Shown one piece after another: positions 12,263-24,732 of a stretch of DNA of 64,000 nt. A program made the position numbers and the translations under genes. The notes beneath the pieces are model-generated. The model was not told the DNA's origin, did no database searches, and was given only the letters and a program-made list of their open reading frames with translations. The stretch is from Octopus bimaculoides. Lineage: Eukaryota. The first letter of the stretch is position 1. Each line of letters starts with the position of its first letter. The stretch lies in assembly GCF_001194135.2 (NCBI RefSeq), contig NC_068981.1, forward strand, positions 157,854,285-157,918,284, written 5' to 3'.

Positions 12263-12412
12263 TGACCGGCCATACAACTAACTTCTTGTAAATTCATTAT
12301 TGCTCTAAAGTTTAGAGTGTGCTTCTTTTTCGGATATATGATTTACTGACGATATATATGTGCGTGTGTGTGTCTGCCTGTCTGTGCGTGTATGTATGTA
12401 TGTATATATATA

Positions 12413-13077
12413 NNNNNNNNNNNNNNNNNNNNNNNNNNNNNNNNNNNNNNNNNNNNNNNNNNNNNNNNNNNNNNNNNNNNNNNNNNNNNNNNNNNNNNNN
12501 NNNNNNNNNNNNNNNNNNNNNNNNNNNNNNNNNNNNNNNNNNNNNNNNNNNNNNNNNNNNNNNNNNNNNNNNNNNNNNNNNNNNNNNNNNNNNNNNNNNN
12601 NNNNNNNNNNNNNNNNNNNNNNNNNNNNNNNNNNNNNNNNNNNNNNNNNNNNNNNNNNNNNNNNNNNNNNNNNNNNNNNNNNNNNNNNNNNNNNNNNNNN
12701 NNNNNNNNNNNNNNNNNNNNNNNNNNNNNNNNNNNNNNNNNNNNNNNNNNNNNNNNNNNNNNNNNNNNNNNNNNNNNNNNNNNNNNNNNNNNNNNNNNNN
12801 NNNNNNNNNNNNNNNNNNNNNNNNNNNNNNNNNNNNNNNNNNNNNNNNNNNNNNNNNNNNNNNNNNNNNNNNNNNNNNNNNNNNNNNNNNNNNNNNNNNN
12901 NNNNNNNNNNNNNNNNNNNNNNNNNNNNNNNNNNNNNNNNNNNNNNNNNNNNNNNNNNNNNNNNNNNNNNNNNNNNNNNNNNNNNNNNNNNNNNNNNNNN
13001 NNNNNNNNNNNNNNNNNNNNNNNNNNNNNNNNNNNNNNNNNNNNNNNNNNNNNNNNNNNNNNNNNNNNNNNNNNNNN
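12413..13077. other. Assembly gap (one of 14; others start near 14547, 17542, 24204, 26096, 26377, 33761, 37481, 42662, 49499, 55233, 58291, 60577 and 61876)
   Basis: Runs of N, mostly bounded by simple repeats such as (TA)n, (CA)n or (CT)n. Confidence 0.99.
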
Positions 13078-13602
13078 GTGTGTGTGTGTGTGTAGTGTAG
13101 TGTAGTGTATGTGTGTGTATGTGTGTGTGTGCTGACGAAAGAGAATTACTAGGTTGTCTGATAAAAGAAAACATACGTTTTCAGAAGAAAATATATGATT
13201 AGAAAAGAATTTCAACATTATTTCAAAAACTGAAGCTTGATAACTAATGCTTCCAAAATAGTTGTTTTTCTACAGAAGTAAAAATTTCAAAAGCAGTAAC
13301 GGTTATTTCTGGCTCCAGGAAGCTGAGTACAAACCATGATTATAGCATCAAGTAGCAATGTATTGAGTAGGTGAGTTAGTTCAAACTATGTGTCAGAACA
13401 AATATTACTTTGAAAATAGATACACTTCCGTAAAATTTTCTAAAGAACGACTGTATTCCGAAAATTAATGGAAACTTTAGTTAAGCATTGACGTATTGAT
13501 AAAATTTGGATAGTTGAATAAAACATTACGATTAAAATTACTTGGAACATTGTCAATACTAAATCAAGACACGCACTTGAAACAGCATTAGATTAAAATA
13601 AT

Positions 13603-13807
13603 CCTTTCTGTTAAAGGAACAAAGCCCGAAATTTTGTAGGAATGGACTAGTTTATCGACCCCAGTCTTCCGCTGGTACTTAATTTATCGACCCCGGAAGG
13701 CAAAATTTGACCTCGGAATTTGAACTCAGAACATAAAGAAGGATGAAATGCCGCTAAGAATTTTGTCCCGTGTGCTAACGATTCTGCCAGTTCGTCGCCT
13801 TAACATG
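13603..13807 (-). mobile_element. SINE family B with 13-bp TSD
   Basis: Reverse complement matches family B. AGATTAAAATAAT at 13590-13602 and 13808-13820. Confidence 0.85.
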
Positions 13808-14382
13808 AGATTAAAATAATGAAGCTCATTAAATCGTATACACAAACATATAACGGGTCTAGCAAAAATTTTAGGTTATCAGATTAATTCGTTCGGAATC
13901 TACATTCTACTTAAATCATATGACCATGATTACCAGAATAGTAATTCAAATATTTAATTTTATTATTTAAAATATACAAACTGAAAAATGACATTAAACA
14001 CATTTGAGTTAAAATTTATCTTCCCCCCCTCCCGCATCAGCAGCTATCCGGATGGCCGAGTGGCCTGTTGTGTCGGACCCCAGGTGTGATACTCTAACCG
14101 GGACGAAGAGCATTCTGGTCCACGAATAGGAAAGGCGTTCTATTTCTCCTCCTGATAACAGTTTATATTTTTACCTGTCACATAAATTCTAACCCCTTTA
14201 TGTTGGGTTTCCTTTCTTCTATCCGTTTATACATATATATATGTATATATATAGAACCAATTACTAGCCTGATAGACTTGGCTATGTCAAGATGGATTTT
14301 TATGTATTCTTCCTCCCACTTGGATTTGAAATGTTGCCACAATTATAATATGTCTATTCTACTGTAATTTTCTGCATTTTCG

Positions 14383-14470
14383 TGCAGCTGAAGATTGCTC
14401 TACATATTGCATTTAATGTAATGTTCACATTACTTAAATAAATGGAGTAGCATGAAACGTGCGTACTGCA
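14383..14470 (+). ncRNA. Type I hammerhead ribozyme with extended (59 nt) stem II
   Basis: TGCAG-CTGAAGA-TTGCTCTACAT...GTAATG TTCA CATTAC...ATGGAGTAGCAT-GAAA-C GTGC G-TA-CTGCA. Perfect 5-bp stem I and GUA triplet; the first stem II pair is U-U. Confidence 0.7.
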
Positions 14471-14944
14471 ACCATCTTTAAAATCGTTGTTGATTATTTT
14501 GATTTTTTGCTCACCTAGTTTTTGGAATGGTTTTTATATAATACCANNNNNNNNNNNNNNNNNNNNNNNNNNNNNNNNNNNNNNNNNNNNNNNNNNNNNN
14601 NNNNNNNNNNNNNNNNNNNNNNNNNNNNNNNNNNNNNNNNNNNNNNNNNNNNNNNNNNNNNNNNNNNNNNNNNNNNNNNNNNNNNNNNNNNNNNNNNNNN
14701 NNNNNNNNNNNNNNNNNNNNNNNNNNNNNNNNNNNNNNNNNNNNNNNNNNNNNNNNNNNNNNNNNNNNNNNNNNNNNNNNNNNNNNNNNNNNNNNNNNNN
14801 NNNNNNNNNNNNNNNNNNNNNNNNNNNNNNNNNNNNNNNNNNNNNNNNNNNNNNNNNNNNNNNNNNNNNNNNTATATATATATATATATATATATATTGG
14901 CAAACTTCCCTATATATATATTATTATACATATATTTTTATCCT

Positions 14945-16131
14945 CATTTTACAACAACAATTTTAATGAATCAGTCACTGAACTGTATTCGTATAAGATA
15001 ACAATGTTTACGACTTCATGCGAACGTTTCCCTAATTTGTCAATGTCTTGCCGGTAGAATTCATCAGGTTTTAACTTGAAGAATTCATACTCACATGTTC
15101 AGTTCTACATCCTTATTGAACGAAACACCTAACGGACTGTTGGAGAGCGACGGGGAAAGGTGAAAAATCAGGATAATAGGATCGGTGTGTTAGAAATTTC
15201 CATCTGAGCTCTTGAATAACCTGTTAGGTTAATTAGCAACGTGTAGAGGAGAGGGGCGAGCATTATCGTGTTGAAGAAACACGCTGACGCCAGTTGATGC
15301 GCTTCAGCTAGATTTCCCTGTTGAGTTGGTACATTTGTTGGACGTAAAGCTCTGCATTGACCGTGTGGTTGTCTTCAAACATTTCGCAGTGGATTAGCAC
15401 TTACCATTCCCACCAAATGCGTGGATGAACTCTGGCTTGGCTTGAGACCTTGCTTGTTTGTCGGGACTCATCTATTCTTTACTGTTTTATATTGATGTAA
15501 AGACCTCATTCTTCATCATCGGTTCTCTGTTTATGTCCATGAGTAACCTAGTGTTGAACGAGCAAACTGGTGGCGATGGAGAAGCACTGGAGTTTGTCTC
15601 GTTCGTGTAACTACTTGCACCGAGTTGTTGGACCTTACTCATCGAGTGAAGGTGACAGGCGACTGTATCATGAAGGCATCTCATCTGTTGGTCCAATTCC
15701 CAAGTGAATTGACACAGATTCTAGTGGATGAGCTCCCTCGATCGATCATCATCAAACCGGACAGGTCAGCTGGAGCATGGGGAATCTGTGAGGCTGAAGT
15801 TCCGTGAAGCATGGAAACCTTTTCTGTGCAGTTCTTTCTGTAATAGCGCTTTCTTCGTAAGCAGCACAAATGTCTCGAGCGGCTTTGGCAGCTTTAGAAC
15901 CTCAGTTGAAAGCGAAGAGAAGCAGATGTCAAAAATGTTCTTTGTTTTTTTCTACTTGGCACCCTATCGTCATATGTCTGAAAATAAGTACAATTTATTC
16001 GAATTTCAAAAACGGTAAACAAGAGCTGCAAAAAACCCCCCCAAAAAAACGCATGAAACATTAAGATAAAAATAATGTTCATGTGAATTCAAACATGAAA
16101 GAAACTAATGAATTCTTGTGACAACCCAATA
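14945..16131 (-). mobile_element. Decayed mariner transposon (one TIR visible)
   Basis: Minus strand starts TATTGGGTTGTCACAAGAATTC. Remnants TDDEE*GLYINIK (first-D region) and VFLQHDNARP (second D). The far TIR was not found. Confidence 0.8.
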
Positions 16132-16899
16132 TTTTGTTTCAGAGAAATTTCTCAGAGACTTGGATGTTTCTCTGAGACAAAATATTACAGATAATACCGT
16201 TCTGCGTTTGTTTGCATATACGTCATAAATGTATATATAATTGTTATTGGTAATACAGCTTTGTGTAAGTAATATCAATTCTATACCAAAGTCCTGCAGT
16301 TCTCCACATCCAAGATTGATGTTTTCACTTTAAAATTAAGAACAATTTGAGTTGACCCATTTTATAAGAACTCACCTGCGTTAGATCTACGAGTCAAAGC
16401 CTTTAAGACATAAATTAAAACTTTACATCAATTTCATGTAGAAGGTTTTTGATAAGTTATGTTCTGAACACGAACATAACATTGAAAAATATATTTTATT
16501 AAATACTGTAGGTTACGTTTAAAATTAGCTGAAATTTATCCAAGGAGATAGCACCGGTTTTCTAGAAAGTCGAAGACAATAGTACTTAGCACTACATACC
16601 GTATTCTATTTCTCTTTATTGTTTGTCTGCGTATCTACAATTTCTTATATTTTTCCTTTTCTTTCTTCTCATTCCTTTTATTTAACATAAAAGTTTGTCA
16701 AGTCAAATTCCAATATATGTGCTACATGAGAGCAAATGGCAACAAAGAAAATATTTCTTGTCTTCAGTTATTATATACAAGTTGACGTAATTGGTCTTGA
16801 CCAGGCATTGAATATGCAGAAACAATTTTCTTTTTGGTTTTGTTTTCTGAAATTACATGATTTAACTTCGAATGTATTATGTAGTTTAATATTAGTTCC

Positions 16900-17093
16900 A
16901 ATCTTTTACAAAAGTCGAGCAATTAACTTGATTACGCCGACCCCAGTACGCAACTGGTAATTATTTTATCGACCATGAAGTGATGAAAAGCAAGGTCGGT
17001 CTCAGCGGAATTTGAAATCAAAACGTAATGACGCACGAAATACCGGTAGGCATTTTCCTCGGTATGATAACGATTCTGCCAGCTCGCCACCTT
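16900..17093 (-). mobile_element. SINE family B (diverged)
   Basis: Contains CGACCCCAGTACGCAACTGGTA and ACGATTCTGCCAGCTCGCCACCTT. Confidence 0.8.
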
Positions 17094-17125
17094 ACAATTT
17101 TATATAATGGTATTCACACATATTT

Positions 17126-17200
17126 TATATTCTGATGAAGCTTCACCTTTAAGGTTGAACTTTTTCGGGCTTCAAGGATATGAAAACTTTCGAGAATGTG
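17126..17200 (+). ncRNA. Probable decayed hammerhead motif
   Basis: CTGATGA at 17132-17138, hairpin GAAGC...GCTTC, GAAA at 17182-17185, then ACTT-TC-GAGAATGTG. The 5' strand of stem II appears partly deleted. Confidence 0.35.
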
Positions 17201-17497
17201 TTTATTGTTCATTTTAATTTTTGACATAAAAATTTTACTCTTATTTTTATCTTTCTGTATTTCATTTCTTTATTTCTTTTTGTAATTCTATTGACATGAA
17301 ATACACGAAACAGAAGAGTAATATAGTATCTCTCTAGTGTTCTCCACTCCTTCTTCATAAATACTCTTGAAGTTACAGTATTCTAAGATACAATTAAATT
17401 ATCTTATTACAAGATATTCTATCTTCCTTCTGAATTTCTGGTTTGCCTTCTTTCTCCCGTTCTTTCTTTTTGGCTCTTCTTTCTTTTACTATATGTG

Positions 17498-17541
<44 letters not shown>

Positions 17542-17551
17542 NNNNNNNNNN

Positions 17552-17596
<45 letters not shown>

Positions 17597-18618
17597 AATT
17601 TCTTCTCTATTCTCTTCACCAGATTATCTTCCTTTCACCTTCTTTGTCTCGATTAAACGACTATGTTTTTACTGCCTTTAGCCAACGTTGTAATTTAGTC
17701 AATAGTTATATCTATTTAGATATTAAAATACTCATATTTAAAATCCTTGCTGTCATCAAATGTTTATAACATTTTGAAACTAATAGTTTTACAAAAACAA
17801 ACGACGATATACATGACGTATACACAAATACAAACATACATACACAAAAACACATGCATCCATATATACATAAATATATATATGTATGCATGCATGTATG
17901 TATGTATGTATGTATGTATGTATGTATCTTACTGTTTTTATAATAGATAGAACAAAAAGTTAACCATTATATTACTTATTTTATGTAATTACGATATTAT
18001 AAAAATGAGAATGTTTTTATTCCATTAAAGAATATGGAACATTATTTACATTATTATTTACAATTGACGGATATTTGTCCTCGCCTTGTTTGTTGTTAAA
18101 AACAACGTTTCCGCTGATTTGTGTTAACAACAAACAAGATGAGGACAAATATCTGTCAATTGTAAATAATGTAAATAATGTACATAATTCTTCATCTTTT
18201 AAATAATATAGAACTGTAATATGGAACATCTATGAAATTTCTAGTTCCCTGTCTGTATATGTGTGTGTGTGTGTGTGTGTGTGCGTGTGTGTGTGTGTGT
18301 GTGTATTTGTGTGTGTATGTGTGTGTGTGTGTTAAATAAAATGAAACAACAAAGCCAAGGCAGAGTGAAATTTTTAGGACATTTATAAAGAGAACCATTT
18401 GTAATAAAATATGAACTTACATACCATGGACAAGAAGCCTTTCTATCCAATCTACACGGCACATTTCTTGGATAATGGAACTGCAACTGTAACATCAAAT
18501 ATATTTTTATTTTTATTCTCTTATTTTCTTATTTCCCTTTATACTTCCTATATCTCTCCCATTCCAAAATAACTTCTTATAGTGAACTCTATTTCCCGCT
18601 ATTTAACTCTCACATATC

Positions 18619-18666
18619 GTCTCTGATGAAGGGATAGCCCTCATATCCCTGAAACAGCTGTTAGAC
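18619..18666 (+). ncRNA. Minimal type I hammerhead ribozyme (PLE type)
   Basis: GTCT-CTGATGA-AGGGATA GCCCTCA TATCCCT-GAAA-C AGCT G-TT-AGAC. Perfect 7-bp stem II, palindromic AGCT loop, 4-bp stem I, GUU triplet. Confidence 0.85.
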
Positions 18667-18865
18667 TACCTTTCACTTTATAAACGTCCCAGAAATTTCA
18701 CATTAATTTGGTTTTGTTGTCTCATTTTATTTAACTTATACATCCTCACACACGACCCGCATTAGACTCTTCACTCATACTATTATTGAACCTGGAGTCC
18801 TTCCGTTACACTTACATAGTCTTACCTGCCATTTTGGGTCTTCTGAATACCAAAACCTCTCATAA

Positions 18866-18896
<31 letters not shown>

Positions 18897-19351
18897 GCAA
18901 CGGAAGCAGTATTATTACCGAATGGTACTTTCTATGTTTATATGCACTGAACGTCTATATGAGAGACTTTCTCGAGGCGAATATTGTAGTATTATGGTGA
19001 TCTGATAATACATCCATATTAAGTAGGATACAGAGACTGTCGCATGTATGTATAATCCATTAGAGGCGCACTAAGCAGCGTTGAATGAAATATAGTTATG
19101 TACAATAATATTTCACATATTTCTGTACACTCGAACATGGAATGACAATACAAAACACAAATTGTCACGAGGCAAGAAATTCACCTTATATAGACAATAT
19201 GGACATAAATACACCTCAGCGCCATGAATGATGTCACCGGACCGTAGAACGCATACGTTCCTGCATCGTTACGATTTATCAGCTATGTATACCGAGCTGT
19301 CTTTCATGGCTACTAAGAGCTGGTCGCTCTCGTATTAGAACAGCAGATGTC

Positions 19352-19384
19352 ACATTTGCTGATGTGCGAAACACTTTCAAATGT
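19352..19384 (+). ncRNA. Hammerhead-like remnant lacking stem II
   Basis: ACATTTG-CTGATG-TGC-GAAA-CACT-TT-CAAATGT: perfect 7-bp stem I with both boxes in the correct register, but no stem II. Confidence 0.4.
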
Positions 19385-19437
19385 ATATGCATATCTATAT
19401 TTGTGTATGTATGTATGTATGTATGTATGTATGTATA

Positions 19438-19537
<100 letters not shown>

Positions 19538-20500
19538 TGACCCGTATATTGTTCGTGTGATGCTGTCTGGGCGTACTTCTCTTACATTTTTAACAGTTAA
19601 AGAAATATCCACTAATTTCGCTAATTAAACATAAACAATAACTATAACGGTAATAGCAGCATCAGAAACAACAAGGCCAACATTGAAACAAATCATATAT
19701 CCGTGTCTTATCTCATCCTTGAATGATAAGTTCACGGAAGTATTTCGATATGACGTCAAGTGAGCTGCATTATCTGGTGTTGAAATTATTCGACTTGTAT
19801 CCGTAATAGTGATAATATTTGAATAACGTCGATATTTCCAGTTGTATCCGATGTTTGACAAACACGTGTAGAGCATATAATATAGAAAGCTACTTGTTGC
19901 CTGCTTATGTCTTCTTGGGTGTTCTGATAGCAGGTAATGCACGACAGAGATGAGAAGTAATCTAACTCTGCCTTCATGTTTACTTTGGGAATTTTCTTTT
20001 TTATTCAATAAGCGCAACAATAACATGCTGAGGTTTACAGATAATTACCATTCTACAACCTTGTTATTTTGCTGTGTATATAATACCAGAAGATCATATT
20101 CAAGCATTTTTGTTGATTTGAAAAGGAAACAAAACAAATGGTAAAACAAACAAATTCCTGGCGCTGAATAAATTTTAATGAAATGGACATGTTGATTTAG
20201 AAATACTTCTACACAAAATGTTGTAAATCATAAATTGCACATATATTAAAACAGAGGAGGTAATTAATTGTATAAACATAAAGTATTTTTTGTCGGTCAA
20301 ATATTTTTTACATTTACACAATTAGTCACAAACTTACTCAGTTCTAGTAAATGCCGTTCGCCTCTCTCTAATTCTTCAAGTTACTGGGTATTTTGGAATA
20401 TACAATGATTTTTTTATTATCAGATTCGAGATATACAGTTATTGTCAAATTTCATCAGTCTTTGATTTATCAACTACTAGTGGCAATATTAAGTCCTTAA

Positions 20501-20817
20501 CCCATTACCTACCAGAGATCTCATATGAGATCACTTAAAAATTACAAATTTCGTAATTATCTGCCAATATTTACACATATCTAACCTTTTTGCTATATCT
20601 ACTAGGTATATTTCTCTGATATTCAAATGAGGTTTGCTAATTTTTCACCCAATATCTCGTTTATTTCTATTTAAAATGTTATTTTGAAATGTTATTTTGA
20701 AATGTTATTTTGAAATGTTATTTTGATCATTCCAGCATGTTTCTAAGACTGTTTTATGCTAGAAATCAAAGTTTCATAATAAAAATTCCAGTTAATAGAA
20801 TTATGGGAGGTAATGGG
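20501..20817. mobile_element. piggyBac-type MITE
   Basis: TTAA at 20497-20500 and 20818-20821. TIR CCCATTACCT(A/C)CC. Contains a 16-bp palindrome GATCTCATATGAGATC (20517-20532) and a 13-bp unit AAATGTTATTTTG x4. Confidence 0.8.
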
Positions 20818-21606
20818 TTAATATTTTAGGCTTTTTCCTGAAGTGCCCATGAAATGACTACGAAGTGTTACAGTACGTCTAAAGTAGAGTTAACATTTAG
20901 TTGATTCTAACCTGCTAGGGATAAGTAGAGTTGCACCTTATAGTAGTAACTGTATCGTTTCAATGACTCGCATTAATCAGTCCAAACCCTCCCTTAAGAG
21001 GAATTTACCATTGAATAATGTTCATGGAATGATGAGATATAACCTCCGAATAGCGACAGTCATGCTAAGTTAACGTTTCAAGCCCTGCGTATCTCCCGGT
21101 CCATTAAAGTAGAAATAATAATTACTTACATATCATTCCTTGGTTTTATATCTTTGCTACATATTAGCAGAAAATAGATTTCTTTTGATCATCCGGTTGA
21201 TTAAAATAATACATAAACAGCAGGTAGTTTGTGAGTAAGGATTAAAAACAAGACAGTAAAGTTTACATAAATGTGTTTCGCAATATATTTTCGTGTTTTA
21301 TGAATTCAATTTATGTTGTAGAAAATGTTCATACAAATTTTCTTGGTAGTGTGAAAGGTATGCATGGACATAAATGACCAGCAGTAAATAAGAAAATCAG
21401 ATCCTCACTTCTATTTAAATGGTAGCATTTTATACGACGCTCTAAGGCGTTTATATTCATAAGTCATAAGTTATTTCATCTATGAGTGATGACTGATGAA
21501 ACATAAGCACGACGATACACACACAAGTATATACATATACAAATACACCTGTACTTATAAAAATGTGAATATTATGTATATATATCTATGTGTGCGTGTG
21601 TGTATA

Positions 21607-22423
21607 TGGGGTGCGATGGGTAAATTGTTGCCATTTTATATTTTTAATTTCTCGGATGCGCATTGTTTTTTTTTATTTTGTCGACTAAACCATATAGTAG
21701 GGTCAGTTTGGCACCGTCTGTGAGAAAAAAACAGCACCATGACGCAATTCACACAGCCAGAAATTTGGAAACAGGCATTTGCGCCGGAAATTCCAATACG
21801 AATGTTTCAGAGTTTCTGGGTGTCTGAAGACAGTGCAATCTGTGGACATATACCGAGAGTGAGAAAAATCAAATATCCAGTCAACATCATGGTGTTTGGA
21901 GTGATCACTAGTGATGGCGATGTGATGCCGCCTTTCATCTTCCCACACGGTCTCAGACTCAACACGGAGGCCTACATTAAGGGCCTGGAGGAGTTAGTGC
22001 TGCCCTGAGTCAAGATGATGGTTGCTGGATGACCCTATGTCAAGCAACAGGACGCTGCACCATGCCACATAAGCAGGAGAACCCAGTCATGGCTGTCAGA
22101 CAATTTCTATGACCACATCGCCTCTAATATCTGGCCACCTAACTGCCCAGACTGCAACCCCCTTGATTATTATGTGTGGGGCGCAGTTGAGCGGGAGGGC
22201 AACAAAATTCCTTGTAATACCAAAGATGAACTGAAGGCAAAGATTATGGCAACATTCATCAACTAAAACAAGGAAGCCGTGTAGAAGAGTTGGAGGTTGT
22301 GGCTGAAGCCAATAGCGGTTTTATTGAATGAATTTACTATTTAGTATTTCAAATATATATGTTTAAATTAGATGTTATTTTTCATTTTTGCGTAATTTAG
22401 ACAACAGTTTATTCACCGTACCC

Positions 22424-22425
<2 letters not shown>
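21607..22425 (+). mobile_element. Internally deleted maT (DD37D) Tc1/mariner-superfamily transposon
   Basis: TA-flanked ends related to CAGGGTGCGGTG.(T/A)AAA. Remnant QQDAAPCH...WPPNCPDCNPLDY has exactly 37 residues between the second and third catalytic D. Confidence 0.85.
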
Positions 22426-22514
<89 letters not shown>

Positions 22515-23237
22515 TAATGAAATTAAAGCAAAAGCGACCGTACCGTACCTGTTTTATTCATTGAAATAGAGCTAGTGCAATTGCTAGAGACTAAGAGACT
22601 AAGGTAGTCCCCGTTACAAGCCATGTTTTTGTGCCATTGATGAAGCAAACTCTTGAATCATTTTTGAAAAAATTGTGTGTATTTTTGTATCCATCTCTTC
22701 CCAACCACCTTCATTTCGTCGGAATCATGAAATCAGTGTCACCGAAGACTCTCCCTCATTGGAACAGGTATAAGTTGGATGGCAACATATCCTGGGTGTA
22801 CAGTTATTTTGAGATCACTGACCGGCTTACTTTGCCAATTGCCTGATTTGTTTATAAGATGTATATGATCGCACATTATCATGGTAAATGTAGATTGCTT
22901 TCAAATGCACACGAAGTTTTCGAGAAGAGATCTGATGAAGAACCGTAATTCTATTAAGATTTATTTTCAGGTCTCTAACACGTTATGTATCCTTGGAATT
23001 TTATCCACATATTTGAAGATGTTTTCTATTGCGTCGTCAGTATCACAAACATAGCGTACAAAAGTTCCCCTATCAGAGAAAATAAAATATGTGATTTATA
23101 TTTAAGTTGTCTTAATTTTACAAACAACCTTACCAGTTTCACGGTAAGCTTTTGTAACGACTGAAAAAGTTATTTTGTTGTGTTTGCCAAATGAAGCATG
23201 ATCATTTATATATAATCGTGTTATACGCCATTCTGAA

Positions 23238-23545
23238 GGTGCATGGCTCAGTAGCTAGAGCATTGGGCTCACAGTCATGAGGTAGTGATTTCGATTCCCG
23301 GACTGGGCTGTGTATTGTGTTCTTGAGCAACACTATTTCATGTTGTTCGAGTTCACTCATCTTTAGGAATGAGTTGCGGCGTCACTGGTACTAAGATGTA
23401 TTGGTCTTTGCCTTTCCCTTGGGTAACATCGTTGGCTTGAAGAGCGGAGTCTAGTATGCATGGGATACTGCTGGTCTTCCATAAACAACCTTTCCTGGAC
23501 TTGTACCTCGGAGGGGAACTTTCTAGGCGCAATCCCATGGACATT
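23238..23545 (+). mobile_element. tRNA-derived SINE, family D
   Basis: A-box-like TGGCTCAGTAG and B-box-like GATTTCGATTCC, followed by TGTGTTCTTGAGCAACACT and a unique body. A degenerate related head lies near 34785-34870. Confidence 0.65.
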
Positions 23546-24732
23546 AATGATTGAAACTAAATCAGAGTTTTCTGTATCATTTACAAGCAGACTGGTGACA
23601 TTACAACAAATAGACTTGATGATACTTGTAATTCTACGAAGGTATTCAAGTTCATTAGGCTACATATTTTCCTAAAAACTTCCCACAACACACTAGCATT
23701 CAATGAAACAAACGCCTTTCTGTGGCCAATGAATCAATGGAAACGATCAAGACATTGCACAATAGTTTCCGTGCAGGTGTCGAGCTCCAAATATTATGTT
23801 ATTGCTTACATCTAGAGGAAACATCTTAGTGAGAGACGAGATTTAGAGATAACCGAACGTTTCAACGTTTTCAATAAGGTCGAAGATGCTACGAAAATTA
23901 CCATGTTTTTTCCACATTTTCCTTTGAACAACACTTCCTTCTCAATCTCGACGAACAGCATCCTTTTTCCCACAGAATACATGCAAGATAATGCAGATGA
24001 TTCAGTATCGTATTCCTTTCTAGTTTGACCACACCCAACGGAATGCTATCAATGTTAGGAGCTTTTTTTTTATATCTTTACGTTTTTGAGAAACATCTCA
24101 TATTTCATTGAAATTCGGTGCACCATCAAAAGAATGTTTTATTTAATAAGTTCTAAAGATCAATCGAAATACGACGAGTAGTTTAACAGATACCTTACAT
24201 ATANNNNNNNNNNNNNNNNNNNNNNNNNNNNNNNNNNNNNNNNNNNNNNNNNNNNNNNNNNNNNNNNNNNNNNNNNNNNNNNNNNNNNNNNNNNNNNNNN
24301 NNNNNNNNNNNNNNNNNNNNNNNNNNNNNNNNNNNNNNNNNNNNNNNNNNNNNNNNNNNNNNNNNNNNNNNNNNNNNNNNNNNNNNNNNNNNNNNNNNNN
24401 NNNNNNNNNNNNNNNNNNNNNNNNNNNNNNNNNNNNNNNNNNNNNNNNNNNNNNNNNNNNNNNNNNNNNNNNNNNNNNNNNNNNNNNNNNNNNNNNNNNN
24501 NNNNNNNNNNNNNNNNNNNNNNNNNNNNNNNNNNNNNNNNNNNNNNNNNNNNNNNNNNNNNNNNNNNNNNNNNNNNNNNNNNNNNNNNNNNNNNNNNNNN
24601 NNNNNNNNNNNNNNNNNNNNNNNNNNNNNNNNNNNNNNNNNNNNNNNNNNNNNNNNNNNNNNNNNNNNNNNNNNNNNNNNNNNNNNNNNNNNNNNNNNNN
24701 NNNNNNNATATATATATATATATATATATATA

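Noticed and set aside
12305-13218. Long ORFs in the track here and at other gaps (for example 37387, 58092, 60370)
   Set aside because: They are runs of X from assembly gaps plus dinucleotide repeats, not genes.
16745-16775. Minus-strand CTGAAGA-CAA-GAAA-TATT-TT
   Set aside because: No stem II and no convincing stem I in AT-rich sequence.
22700-22770. Peptide EISVTEDSP resembling a cadherin repeat motif before a GT donor
   Set aside because: No acceptor site and no other cadherin motifs; too short to support.
22926-22978. CTGATGA with stem II and a possible stem I
   Set aside because: No GAAA box in register.
23238-23310. tRNA gene
   Set aside because: Has A/B-box-like motifs but no clean cloverleaf and continues into a SINE body.
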